DNA of 63,764 nt, filler included, from Paramecium tetraurelia (Eukaryota), in the NCBI GenBank assembly GCA_000165425.1. It is 8 parts of 6 records of this genome, joined end to end, with 100 filler letters (N's around TTAATTAATTAA, not from the genome) between each part and the next. Parts side by side here need not be neighbours in the genome. Positions count along the whole stretch, not along the records: positions 1 to 17,534 come from CT868107.1; positions 17,635 to 19,969 come from CT868110.1; positions 20,070 to 37,010 come from CT868111.1; 5 more parts are not named here. The stretch is one strand, 5' to 3'. Shown piece by piece: positions 12,576 through 26,782 of this stretch; position 1 is the first letter of the stretch; the number at the start of each line of letters is the position of its first letter. The notes beneath the pieces were generated by a model. The model was not told the origin of the DNA. It saw only the letters and a list, made by a program, of their open reading frames with translations, and made no database searches. Position numbers and translations under genes: made by a program.

Positions 12576-13158
12576 TAATTTAATTAATCAAATAATTTGA
12601 AAATTAAATACTAAAATAAAAATTAATCTAAATTTCCAGGAATATATTATTATATATTTATTAGTTTTAACATTTTTGAATACAAAATTTGTAAAATAGA
12701 AAAATTATAAAATCAAAATTGATTATATTTTTATTATTACCATTATTAAAACTGCTGTTAAGAAAATGTATTTTTTAGAAGATATAAATATAAGTAATCA
12801 AGAAGATGAAGCTTCACTATATTAAATTCAACATATACTCGATTTAGAATGGTTTTCGCAATAATTTAGGAAAATTGAACCTCATTCATGTTATGGATGT
12901 CTGGCAATATAATTTTTATTTAATTTATGAGTCCAAGTACCTAAATGTAGTTTAACACAAATATTTTTATGATTTAATAATTCTTATTAGTTTATAAGCA
13001 ACCTAAATCAAGATGCTTGAATTACAACATTCTTTCTGAACTAATAAACATTCTCTGAAATTCCAACCAAAGTTGTTTAATATTCAGCTTATTAAAGTTA
13101 TCTTTAGAAATGATCCTAATAATAATATAAACACAAAATATAAAATTATTAGGATTAA

Positions 13159-14414
13159 TCACAAATCAAATGGATCAAATTACACTTATTATATACTTGG
13201 CAACCATTAGTATTAAAGTGGTTAACAAGGAGTTCCATCACCTTATTTGAATGTTACCGATAACTTTTTCTTGTCTTGAATATTTCGATAATTTACCTAT
13301 TAAATGGCCATCCATAGCTTCTTTTGCTTTTTATGCACTCTCTTATTTGTCAAAGCTCACAAACCCAAATCCTTTACTTTTACCAGTTTTTGGATCAGTC
13401 ATCACTCTTGCTGAAATCACATTGCCGTACGATGAAAAAAGATCCATAAGATCAGAATCCTTATGTTCATTTGGTAAATGAAAAACAAATAGATTTGCTC
13501 CAGGAGGCCCTGTTTTCTTTGAATTGAAAGTGGCCAAATCATTCAAATATTTTTCCTTAGTAATAATTTCTTTACTACCATCTGGAGAGTAAATAATTGA
13601 ACCAAAGCTTACACTATGAATATAAATATAAATTGAACCTTCTCACTATTTCTCCAGTTTCCCAATGAATATATATTGGTTTCTTCTTCTGATCTAACCA
13701 TCTTGTATACGATTTAGTCTACAATTTATAATTACATATACAATGTCTCTAATTGGATCTCCTTCTTCATTAGCAGGAATTTCCGGATATTATGATTTTG
13801 CAATAGTTGCGGGTTAACCCAAAAACCTAACATCCAAAGGACGATCACTAATTATAACATTAAGAGTAATACCCTAACTAATTCTTATTATGGTTATTTT
13901 TGATTGCCAATAAGCAGCTTTCCTTAAAAGTATAAGATACTATGGCACTAATTGATGATTATCCTTAATTCTAGATCTAAACATCTGTAACTTGGCCATA
14001 TTTCATAAATATTTCTTTTATCATTGCTTCTTCGCAGTCTTTCTATAGGCCATCAATTTATATTTTAGGAGATGTTTCCTCGGCTACTCCTAACCTTTCT
14101 TTTTCACCTTCCGCCCATTTAAGCACTAAAGGCTACATTCCATCAACTGCCACCTCTTTCAATTATTTTGTGGCTTTTTCCCCCTCTTGCATTTTATTGA
14201 ATTTGACAATTGCTATTCCTTTAGATTTGGCTTGATATTAGACTAAATTAATACGATCATCTTTTTTAATCATCTACACATCAGAAACCGTATATCCTTA
14301 ACTTGAAAGAAAATGTTTCAATTTTAATTCATCCCATGCTGCTGGAATCTAGGAAATCTATAGTTTAAGATAGAGTGGCTATTCTGTTGAAACAAAGGTA
14401 GGAACATATGACAT
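13159..14414 (-). CDS. CELF/Bruno (CUG-BP)-like RNA-binding protein, 3 RRMs with a WW-like linker
   Basis: RRM3 signature [17 protein letters not shown]...[26 protein letters not shown]1 ends [15 protein letters not shown]. Four introns (25, 23, 25, 22 nt) give 387 codons; ATG 14414, TGA 13159. Confidence 0.9.
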
Positions 14415-15982
14415 TGTGTAGTATAAAATAATTTTAAATAATAATTGGAATAAGAAAAATATTTGAAGGAATAGAAGCTACTAAAAGAGAATTTAGATTT
14501 AAGTAATGCAATGCTTGACAAGACATATCTCTTTCTTATCATCATAAATTATGCTTTGAGACTTATATTGTTACAAGTATCATTGACCTAGATACATAAA
14601 TATTTAGAAACAAATAATCATACCATTCTTATATTTCTATCATTAAAATCCAGATGTATTTGTTATTCTCTCATTTTAAATCATATACAAAACTCTCATT
14701 ACAACTTATTGGCTTAGAAATTGGTATAATAATATTCGAGTCTGCGTAATTAGATCTTGTTAACAGATTACAGAGTAGTTTTCGATTATCGATTCTAATA
14801 AAACTTTAAAACCCTATGATCTTAGATAAGATGACAGACACTTTTGATGATTTATAGAGGGGTGCCAATCCATTATAATAATTAAAAGAATAAATATTAC
14901 TAATAAAAAAGGTAACTGGAATAGACAGAATAAAATAAGAAAATTGATCTGTGTTTGAATATTACAATGTTATATATTTAACACTAGCTTCAAAATTTTA
15001 AACATTAAAACTTGAATAATACTTATAAAAATACACCAGTAATGATCATAACTTTAGAAGAGAAATCACCTACTTTTTATTTTGAAGAAATTTAACGAAA
15101 ATCCTTTTAGAATTATTAGATGATCCAATCCTTATATGTTAGAATTGGGTAAATTAAAAAATAGAACTTAAATATTTTGGAAAAATTTCAATATACTACA
15201 ACTTTATTTTCAATATATTTAGGTGATAATTTGAAAATATGAAGACTTCCTACAAATAGAATCTGCAAGGGAGGGATTGAAAAAAATGACATAAAAATTG
15301 TTTCACATATAATTTCACCTAATTGTATATTGAAAGAATATTGAAGCTTATGAAATGATATTAATATTGATCTATCAGCATTCTCAGTTATTGAATAGAT
15401 AACTTATATACTTTTTGTATTAATGTCATAGAATGATTAAAATTTGATGTTAAATTTAAGTATTTAATAAATAGAGTATTATATATTTTTTGAGATGCAA
15501 TTTTGAGGAAATTAATGATTCTTCATAAAAATATTATGTACTAGAGTTTCTTCAGTCTTTTGGTGTATTTTTAAATCAATTATTTTATAAAATATTTCTA
15601 TTTTTATAATGATATGAAAAGTAAGTGTATAATGAAAGTAACCTAAACTATAAAAAATTTCTATCTTAATCCAGTTATTCTTATAATTGTTTTATTTTCT
15701 ATTTAAGGCTAAGGATTATGCTTTTTAAATTAATGAAATTATGAGTAGACTTTATTTAGTAGCTGGTAAGAAGTTATTAATAGTGAACATTAATTAATTA
15801 GAGTTCACATAAATAAGAATTTTTATGTTACAGGTTTTGCCTTCTCAAGCAATACTTCAAATTTTCCATTTGTTATTGATTATATTCTAGAATAAAAAGT
15901 CAGTTAATTTAATAAATTAAATTTTAATATGGAAATATTAGATAAGGATATCTTTTTTTTTATTATATAATTTATTTAATAC

Positions 15983-17534
15983 ATGGATCAATAGCAAGAT
16001 TTAAAGGAATTAATTTAGCTGTATAATAGCGCTGCTTAGCTGAAGAGGAAAGCAGAAAAAAAATTAATCCGATTCACTGATTGTTTAACAGAGGAGGATA
16101 AAATTACATGCGGTATTGACTTAATAGATGAAATTAATACAATCAGATAAAAAATAAAACAGGAAAGAAGAGAGAAAGCTGATAATAGCGTGAGAAATTC
16201 TTACATATCGCTTTAAAATTCAATGTCTGAAAATAATCTTACCCTGAGAAAATAACTTAATGAAAAATCAATGAGTAGTTTTTATAGTTATAATTATAAG
16301 TGCTTGAATAAGAAAAAATAAATTTTAGAGAATAAATTGAGGCATCTTAATTTTAATTGAACAAGCTTAAATAAGAGTTAGAGATCTTGAGAGACAGTAA
16401 TTAAATAAATAATAATTTCAGGTAACCTGGATGAGATAAATTAATTAATCTTGAAAAATTAGCAATTAGATGAGATAATCAATTAATTAAATAAGGAACT
16501 TATCTAAACTTAGAATAGTATATCTTATGATAATTTCTTAGAATTGTAAATATATAAGGATGAAGAAGAAAGGAAAAAATAGTTTTACTACCTAATAGAA
16601 AACCTTAAAACTGGTATTTTATAAAAATTGAAAAATAGCTATTATAAATAATTATGATAATATCATTCCAACACCACTCAAAGATGCAGCAAAACCAAAT
16701 GAGATGTCTAATAAATGTGAATAATAAGAAGAAGATAAACCATTAAACGAATAAAATTTAATCTAAAATAAAATGAAATAACTCTATCAGATTTTCAGTG
16801 ATAAATAAAAATCTTTACATTTACAAGCTGAAGAATAATTTATCTAAATTGAGAGTGGTATAACAAACATGGAAGAATTTCTTTAAAGAATTATTGATTA
16901 AGAAGAAACACTTAAAGAAAAAAACAAATTTCGCAGTTTAGGAACAAGTTAAGATCTAACACATCATTAATATTTTGAGGATAATGAACAGTAATAATTG
17001 TAAAATTAGCTAGGATAGTAAATATAAAGTAAATATCATCTCTATATCTAAGATTTTAAATAAAATTTATTAGAATTGAAGGAAGCAAATCGTATGCTTC
17101 TAAAAAATCACAAATAAAACTAAAAAAGGATTACTACTCCTTTAGTTTGTATTAATATTCATTAATTATAGAACTGGGATAAAATTTTGAAACGTTGGCT
17201 GACCAACTACAATAGATTTATGAGAAAGGAGATGAACATGAGGAGGGCTTATAAGCCTAGATAGATTTTTTAGGTAATATATTTCTAATATGTTAAGATA
17301 ATGTAGTCGATCAAATAAAGATCTAAAAAAAGAACCCATTCAACGATGATGATAAGGAAAATATTAATAACTATAATGATAAAATTCCGATCAATGAATT
17401 AAATTAAGATGAAATTATACTTTGCCAATAAGATATTCATAAAGATTGTTAACAAAATTTAAATTAAGATGTCCAAATTTAAGAAAATAAAATAATATTA
17501 GATTTAAATTTCTAACTGTCGCCTGCATAGAGAA
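15983..17534 (+). CDS. Gln/Glu/Lys-rich coiled-coil protein, 3' end lost in gap
   Basis: ATG 15983 MDQQQDLKELIQLYNSAAQLKRKAEKKL..., a long coiled-coil-like code-6 frame with small introns near 17150 and 17275. Confidence 0.7.
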
Positions 17535-17634
17535 NNNNNNNNNNNNNNNNNNNNNNNNNNNNNNNNNNNNNNNNNNNNTTAATTAATTAANNNNNNNNNN
17601 NNNNNNNNNNNNNNNNNNNNNNNNNNNNNNNNNN
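17535..17634. other. Artificial contig-join spacer N44-TTAATTAATTAA-N44 (also 19970-20069, 37011-37110, 53182-53281, 56575-56674, 60571-60670, 62021-62120)
   Basis: An identical 100-nt construct with a palindromic six-frame TAA linker occurs seven times. Confidence 0.97.
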
Positions 17635-19675
17635 CTTATTCAATCAAGCAATCCTTTCATCCATCTACTGCTTCGTAATTTCCATCATCGCATTCCTCTT
17701 ATTTCTAAACCAATCCATCTCCACAATTTAGTTATCATTTGCATTAATTTGAATTTAGTAATTAGTATTAATCATTGCACTCTAAACAAGTACCTTGATA
17801 GCATTCATTGCAATTTTATGGACATGAATAAGAATACTTGCAATTGAAGCAACCATCAAATTAGATTGTATTGCCATCATCACAATCCTCTTCTTTTGTG
17901 ACAATTTGATCACCACAAATAGAAAGGCATCTATTATTAACAAAATTGTATCCATCTTCACATCTTAAAATGCATTCTCCTAGATGGCATATGTTGCAAT
18001 CTTCAGCGCATTGAAACTTACATTAAAAGCAACCATCATAAGGTCGTAAATTTCCATCATCACATTCCTCATATTATTATAGAATATATTTATCTCCACA
18101 AAGAGGAAAACATGCATTTTCTAACAGTTAAAATCCTAGTTCACACACCAAGCACATTGAAAGTAATTAATGTTTGCAATTAGCTATTGATATAAATCTG
18201 CAATCCTAACAATGATCCCATTCTCCATTATCTGTGAGATCACATTATTCATCTGAATAAGGAACCACATTACCATCTCCACAAAAAGAAACACAATTTA
18301 AATCAGCATTAAGATCAAATCCAAAAGCACATTCATAACAAATTCCAAATACACAAGTTTTGCAAAAGTTTATGCATGAATATTTGCATTAATAACAAGA
18401 ATCATTAGATATTAGATTAGCATCATCACATTCTTCTTATCCTTGTATTTTTCCATCACCACAAAATGGATGACAATTGTCAAGAAATTCATCTTTAATC
18501 CAACCTTCTTTGCAGATCAAGCACAAATTATCAATTTACATTGAGCAACCTTCATTCAATTTGCTTACTACTATTTCTGCTTAAGTGTAGGATACTTTTA
18601 AATCTCTTATATGGCAATATTAATCTTGAATGTTTCCATCACTACAAATTGGATGACAATTTTCAAGAAATCTATCTTCAGTCCAGCCATCCTAACAAAC
18701 CAAGCATTTATCTTCAATAAACTCTAAACATCCTTCATGCAACTTATTAACTATTTTTTTTTCTGGTTAAGAGTAAAATACCTCAAAATCTCTTATTAAA
18801 CAATATTCAGTAGGTATTTGAGTTTTAATATTCAGCAATAATATAGAATCACAATGGTTTTCTATTAGTATTTCTATTAATTAATAGCCAGAAGTTATGG
18901 TTTTTTTACCTTATGAATAGTCTACAATTATTGTAATTTCATCATATTTATAAAACCTTATCAATACATCTTAATGAAGAGGTAGCTAAGTCTAATATTG
19001 AATTTGCTAAAATTTCAAAAATTAGATATCTCCATTATACCAATAATGATCATAATTTAATGAAAAAGTCCATCCATCTGAAATTGTGATATATTTCTAA
19101 TTTAATGAATATTAATGAAGTGACCATTTTAAGCAAAATATTTGCTAATTTTCTATGCACCCAGGGCAATTATACTAACATTTAATAATACTGAATGAGA
19201 ATGATATTAATCCTCCTCCCCAAAAGTTACAGAACCACATCAAAAGACTTCTTCTTCTATGTTAAATTGTTACAGATATAGTTAATGTTTATCCACAAGT
19301 GTGGCTTTAAGAAGTGACAGAAAAGTCAAGTATTTATCTATCATCTAAAACCAAAACAGGAGTATTATTATTATCATAAAATCTTTTGAAATTAATATTA
19401 TCTTTACTATAACAATTGGGCATCCACTTTAATATGAGAATGATCTTCTAGATCTAAAAATATTCTGCTAACATAAAGCTAATAGTTTGAAGAAGAATCA
19501 GGTTACCCAAAATAATTACTCCCACCACAGCTATAAAAATGACAGTTACTTCCTTTACAATACCATTCTAAAATATAAAATATAAGATGTTACCGTCAAA
19601 GCTGTTAGAATTAGCATTATAAGAATAAATCTGAGCTTGATGAGTTGTATAAATTAAGATGATTAATAATCTCAT
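17635..19675 (-). CDS. Cys-rich surface protein with CGDG (Myxococcus Cys-rich/DUF4215-like) and furin-like repeats; 3' end lost in gap
   Basis: ATG 19675 with signal peptide MRLLIILIYTTHQAQI and a 25-nt first intron. Repeated CGDG...ECDDGN...DGCF.C units run from ~18480 to 17640. Confidence 0.85.
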
Positions 19676-20069
19676 AATAATTAATGTCAAATATAAAATT
19701 AAAATGTCATATTAATAAAAAAATAATATAAATATGTATATTAAGTTAGAATTGAAATTAATATTAAGCATGTAGGATAATACTCCTATTTAAGCCAATA
19801 ATCAAGAATTATATCCATTATTCTCCTTATTATTTCTATATTGGAGATTCATTTTTGGGGTTTAGCCCTTCCTGAAATAATCAAACTTTGATTGAGAAAC
19901 CCTCATCTTCCTATTTTATTTCTTTCATCCTGTCTTCACGTCGAAGTTCCTTCCGTATTGCCGTTGCTANNNNNNNNNNNNNNNNNNNNNNNNNNNNNNN
20001 NNNNNNNNNNNNNTTAATTAATTAANNNNNNNNNNNNNNNNNNNNNNNNNNNNNNNNNNNNNNNNNNNN

Positions 20070-23000
20070 CTAATGCTAGTACTTCAACTGCATGTACATT
20101 AGATTGCACTTTAAAAATTGGAAGTGGATTGACATTCTAAGATTGCTAAAATGTAGACCCAACTTGTTCGGTTAAAAAGGATGGTAGTGGTTGTATTGTA
20201 ATTTAATCTACATGTACAGGATATGGTACAACAGATGTAAATTGTTATAAATCTAATGCAACTGGAACACAAGCAAATTGTGTCATGAATAAAGCCACAC
20301 CACCAAGTTGTTAATCAGTGAGTTCAGCGTCTGATTGCGCACTTGTAAGTGGATCAGGAATATATCATGCTAAATGCTAAGCATTTAATATTGCATGTAC
20401 ATCTTTAGGTGATGGAAGTGGGTGTTAAGAATTTAAAGCAAATTGCACTTCTTATACTGGTAATACTGATAATTGCACAGTCTCTTAATAAGGTAAATGT
20501 TATCTAAATGGTTCTGATTGTATTCGTTTTTCTAATTGTTTTTCAATTACTGGAACAAACCTTACTCATTAGATATGTAATTCCTATAACGCTGATTGTA
20601 CAGTAAATAAATAAAAAACAGTGTGTTAAGATAGGAGAGCTACATGTGATTTATACACATCTCAAGAATAATGCACAGTATCTGCAGCTGCCTTAAAAGC
20701 AAGTTAATGTGTTTGGAGTGGAACAAAATGTCTTGCTGTTACAGTAGTTGCTACTCATTGTTCCTACATAACTGGAACTTACTTGACAGATTCATTATGC
20801 GCTACTTACAATAATAATTGTACTGTAAATTACGAAAAGACTGCTTGCTAGGAGAAGAAAGCTTAATGTAGTTTATATTCAACTAAAAGTTCATGTACTC
20901 TATCATAGGCGACTGGTACAGCAGGAAAATGCATATGGAATAATGGAAGTTGTCGTATAATGATATCCCTTGTGACAATTGCTGGATCTATTAAGGACTA
21001 TTAAATGTCAAGTGCAAGATGTGCATAGTTTAATCCGGCTTTTGCAGCCAAAAAAGATGGGTCTGAATGCTTTATAAAACAAGGTTCATGTAGTCTGTAC
21101 ACAGAAGACTATTGTACAACATCCTCAGCATCAGGTACAGCAGCAAATTGTATTTGGGATGGTTCACATTGTTTAGCATTTACATCTGGTTCTCTTTGTA
21201 AACACATTCAAGCATTTGAAATAAATGAGAGCTATTGCCCTTCAGTTAATCCATTGTGTACTACAAAATTAACGAGAAACGGCTGTTATGGAAAGAAGGC
21301 TAATTGTTCAGATTATGATGTTGAAGGTGATTGCTAATAATCACTAGCTTCTGGTACAGCAGGGTTTTGTATATGGACAGGTTCAGTTTGCACTTATGTG
21401 ACAGACCCTGCCAATCAATGTGCTAAGATACTATCTGCTCTTCTTGCAACAGATGAATAATGTGCTAGTTATCATGCTTCTTGTATTCCTTTAATGAATG
21501 GAGCTGGATGTCAATATATTCAATCAAATTGTGCTTCATACACAGAAGCAAAAAATTGTTATAAATCATTGAATGACGGTTATTGTGCTTGGATAGATAG
21601 CAAATGTATATTTTTCACAAGTCCTAGTTAATGTGCTTCAGTTTCTGGTTCTAGTTTGACTAGTAATTATTGCAATGGATTACACAAAGAATGCTGGCCC
21701 GCTACAAGCAAGTAGACATGTTATTAGATGAAATCTACTTGTGCACAATATAATAACGAAGGATAATAATGCATTAGAACTTTAACTAATGGAAATGCTG
21801 GACTCTGTGGTTGGAGCAATACTGGTTAATGCTATTAGATAACATCTGCCAGTTAATGCAATACCTAGAATGTGGGAATTGTAAACCCCTCTTATATAAC
21901 AACAGATGCTTTTTGTGCTGTTTTTAATGCTGGCTGCATTGCAGATGCTGAGAAAAGAGCTTGTTAAGAACTGCTAATAAGTTGTTTACAATACACAGAG
22001 ATGTCGAAATGTAGTTATGCTGGAAATTCATAATCTAAGGTTAGATGTATTTGGAGCGATACAAAATGCACACCAGTAACAGATCCTGCTACTTATTGTA
22101 CAAAGATTTCAAGACCTAATTATGAGTAATTTAGTGATGCTACTTGTGTATCTTTTCATAGTGGTTGCACAGTCAAAGCAGATTAATCTGGCTGTCAAGA
22201 AAGAAAAGCAGTTTGCGCGAATTATACAACAGAAGACAGTTGCACATATTCAGCTGCTGCATCTCCTTTCAATGTATGTCTTTTTCTCAATTCTAATTGT
22301 GTTGCTGCAAGAGAATTATTAACTGAGTGTGCAGCTATTACTGCATCTTCAGGTTTGAGTGATTCCGATTGCTCTGGGTATAACTCTATCTGCACATCAA
22401 ATAAAGCTGGGACTGCTTGTTAAGATAAAAAAGGAGCATGTACAGATTACCAAAATCAGGATACATGGTTCTGTTTCCTCAAGTTCAAAATGCATTTGGA
22501 AAACTAGTTGTATTTCTGTTAGTGATGCAACTACTGACTGTGTATATGTAGTTGGAACAAATTTAACTCATGATATTTGTGTCTCTTATAACAATGGATG
22601 TACAGTAAATAAAGCAGGAACCTCTTGTTAAGAAATGAAAAACACTTGTGCAGATTATACAAAAAGCGAGAATTGCACTAGGTCGCAAGATTTTGGACCA
22701 TAAAGTAATTGTGTCTGGCATTCTACATGCATCTCTGTCACCAATACTTCTACTGATTGTGCTTATGTAACTGGTACAAATTTGACTGACGATCTATGTG
22801 CTTTATATAATCCTGATTGCACAGTTAACTACTCAGGATCTGCTTGCTAAGAAAAGAAATCAAATTGTTCAGAATATACTTTGAAAGAAAATTGCTCACC
22901 ATATTGCGTATGGGATGGCACATCAATTTGCCTTTTTATATCAGATCCTTCCACTTAATGCAACTTAGTTAATGGAAAGACAGGACTCAACCTTGCAACG

Positions 23001-26000
23001 TGCCAATTATATAATAGTGAATGTGTTAATTTAAAGGATGGTACTGGATGTTAACACTCCTAGACAGATTGTAAAAATTATACAACTTAGAACTCATGTG
23101 TTGCTTTGGCTAATGGTACTTCCTGTTTATGGTATGAAAATTCTTGCTACCAAATAACAGGTACTACTTGTAGTGCAATTACTGGGGCTGATCTGAATCA
23201 TAATATATGTTTCTCTTATAACAAAGGCTGCACCTCATTAAGTGATGGCACTTCATGTTAAGATTATAAATCAACTTGCGAGTAGTATTCAGGAACAACT
23301 GAATCATGTACTTAATCCATAAATGTGAAATGCTACCTCTATAATTCAAATACTTGCATTACTATTTTAAATGTTTCTACTGATTGTGCTAAGATTACAG
23401 GTGTATCATTAACTTATGAAATATGTTAATCATATAATTTGGGATGCAGTGTTAATAGAGCTAAGACTGCTTGTGTTTAAAAAGCAGCATAATGTTCTGG
23501 ATATACAACTAATATGACTAATTGCTATCAAGCAGGAGAAGGATTATGTATTGCATCCACTAGTAATGATTAAGCATGTGTGCCCGCCTTAAGTGTATCT
23601 ACCTGTGAAACAGTATTTTTAGGAACAGACAATTATACTCATGATAATTGTAGTGCAATCAAAGCTGGATGTACTGTAAATGGAAGTACAGGATGTATGG
23701 CTAGAACTTGTGCAAATGCCACAGGTTTTACATTTAATCATGATAATTGTTATTCTTGGTTGAAAACTTGTACAGTAAATTAGACTAATAATGGTTGCAC
23801 TATCATGACTGCAAAATGTTCAGATTAATCATCTACTTAATGTCTAAATGCAATAGAGGGAGTGTGTTTAGTGTTTAATTCTATTTGTATTAGAAAAGGA
23901 TGTGATACAGCTCCATCAGATGCTTCTCATGATGATGATACAGAATGTTCTAATTATTCATAGGCTTGTACAGTTGCAAGAGCAGGTGGATGTCAAGTTA
24001 GAACTGCTTGTTCATTATATAAATCGTCATTATAATGTAAATTAGATATGAATGATAAAAAATGTTTCTGGAATCCATCTGTTAAGACATGTGTTGATTT
24101 GGCTTGTGCAAATATAGAAGTTTCAAATTTATATAATACTCATGCTAAATGCTTTGCAGTTGATTCGAATCTAGGTTGTACAGTAAGAGCACTTAATAAA
24201 GTAGCTGTTCCAGGTTGCATGGCAAGAGGACCATGTAGTTCATATACTATTAAAGATTAATGCATAACTAATGCAAGTGGATTAGATTGTGTTTGGAATA
24301 CAAATAGTAGTTTACCTGAACCTGCTTGTTAGGATAAGTCATGTACAACTGCTCCTACTTCAACATTAACTCACAATGACTGCTTCAATTATTATAATAC
24401 ACAAAGTATCAAATGTACAGTGTATGCTAGTCCAGGTGCTAATGGTGGATAACCAATTTTAAGAGGATGTTAATAAACTGCTGGCTGTTCTACTTATATT
24501 GATATTGAGTAATGCAAAATAAATGATTTTGGAGATCCTTGTGGATGGAATGGAAAAGAATGTAATGATAAATCTTGTTCTACTGCTCCTGCAACATCAG
24601 AATTTGATGATGATGCAAAATGTAAAGCCTATTTCAACAATAAATGTACAGTTTCATCAGATGGATAAGGTTGTATAGATATTCCAGAGATTTGTGAATT
24701 AATGAATTAGAAATAATGTTATTACAATAGTACTGGACAGCTCTGTTACTGGACTGGAACAGATTGTATTACTAAGACTTGTGAAAATGCACCCGAAGAA
24801 ACAGCTACAGCTGAATAATGTAATAACTATTTATATGGATGTACAATAGATGTTATAAAATGCAAAATTAAAATATGTGAAGATTATGTTTTAACAACAG
24901 ATGAACAATGTAGTTATGCGTTATCTACATGTACAACAAACGGTATTAATTGTGTAGCCAGAGGAACATGTGTTTAAGCTTAAATACAAAGCAGGATGTG
25001 TTGTATCTTCTACTGGATAATCTTGTGAATGGATACCAGATGTTGTAGATTCTTAAAATGTTGTAACTACTGCAGCATATTGTACAATTAAAACTTGTAA
25101 TACTGCCCCAATTAGTTTATAGACTGATGTAGATTGTGGAAAGTATTTTACAAATTGTACAACTAAAAGTGGAGGAGGGTGTGTTGCTAAATCAAGTTGT
25201 TCTGCTGCCTCTGTAAATGCTGCTTGTATAACTGCATTAAATGGTACAATATGTGCATGGGATTATACATTAAATAAATGTAGAGATAAAGACTGTTAAG
25301 ATTTTATAGGAACAACTCACACCATTTGTTAGACTTAAAGATAAGGATGTACTGCTGGACCAAATGGTAGATGTGCTAGAGTTTAAAGTTGTGAATTAAC
25401 TACTATTAGAGAAGCTTGTATTGAAGGCACAAATGGGCCATGTTTATGGATTGAGAAGTTTGCCACTAGTGATGGGTCAAAAGGAGCTTGTTTTGCTTAT
25501 ACATCATGCAAGAGTTTAGCTTGGAATAATGATGAATCTTGTAAATTGATAAGTAATAAATGTACAACTAATGGAACTAATTGTATTGGAATTACATTAT
25601 GCACTGAGACAAATGTTGATGGTGGATGTGCTACAGGATATGATGGATCTTGCATTTAATCTGTTCCTGCTTTAAATTCTTCTGATCCTAAGATTTGTAA
25701 ACCATTTAAATCATGTGCAGATGCCTTTTATGCAACTCATAAAGATTGTTAAATTGCTAATAAAAAATGTACAACAGATGGAACTACTGGTTGCATTCCT
25801 TTAGGTGCATGTTCAACATATTAATCTTAACCAGGATGTTAGTTAGATGATAAAGGATCTGTAGTTGAATCTGGTGTTATAACTTCAACAGGTGTTTGTA
25901 CTTGGGATATGAGTAAAAGTGTTTGTAGAGATTAAATTTGCTCTGATTTGAATGGTGTTACTCATTCAATTTGTAATTCTTAATTATCAACCTGTACTTC

Positions 26001-26782
26001 AGATGGTACTAAATGTTTACTTAAAACAAATTGTTCTAGTTATTCAACCTAAATTATTTGTTCAACAGCTGTTGGAAATGATGGAATTTGCTTTTGGGAG
26101 GTTGGTTCTACTACTAATAATAATACAGCCAAATGTAGATTACTTTTCTTGTGCTGATATTCAAAATGGAACATCCATTAGTGTTTGTTAAGCTGCTTTA
26201 CCATCTTGCATTTCAAATGGAACTATTTGTATCCCAAAGGCTAAATGTTCAACTTACACAACTAAAACAGCTTGTAATTTTGGTGGATTAGATGGACTCT
26301 GTGTATTTACATAATCAACTTCTGCATAGGCTGTAGCTGATAGTGGAACTTGTACTTTAATGAATTCATGTTCATCTGCAAATAATGATTAAACTGCTTG
26401 TGTAGCTGCATAAGATAGATGTTCATGGAGTCCAGCTAGTTCTAGTATTACAAGTATATGTACAAGTCATACATGTGGTACATATAATCAAGTGAGTGGA
26501 ACTTGTTCAAGATTCTTTAATTGGGATAAATAATCATAATAGATATGTTCTATGATTAATGGAATATGTACAGCAACTGATCCATCAACATTAAAATAAA
26601 GTGATTGTTTTAATCTTTCAGGATATACATATACATGGAACAGCTCAGCAGGCAAATGCTAAGTTTGTACTAAGCAAGATTAGCCAAATAATAGTGTCAA
26701 TAATACAATCAATGATACAAATAATACTAATACGGCTTAAGGGTTATTATTAACATTCATCTTAGGCTATTTGATGATTTGA
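20070..26782 (+). CDS. G/A-type surface (immobilization) antigen paralog, copy 1; 5' end lost in gap
   Basis: Continuous Cys/Thr/Ser-rich 8-Cys periods with C-x-W motifs and no introns seen. GPI-signal-like end NTAQGLLLTFILGYLMI*, TGA 26780-26782. +1 frameshifts near 22468, 24990 and 26145. Confidence 0.92.

Noticed and set aside
12766..12930. Short plus-strand ORF of ~54 codons
   Set aside because: No recognisable motif or splice solution; TGA-free stretches of this size are common by chance in code 6.
14600..15600. Coding-like plus-strand region
   Set aside because: Several TGAs and no consistent gene model, so it cannot be supported.
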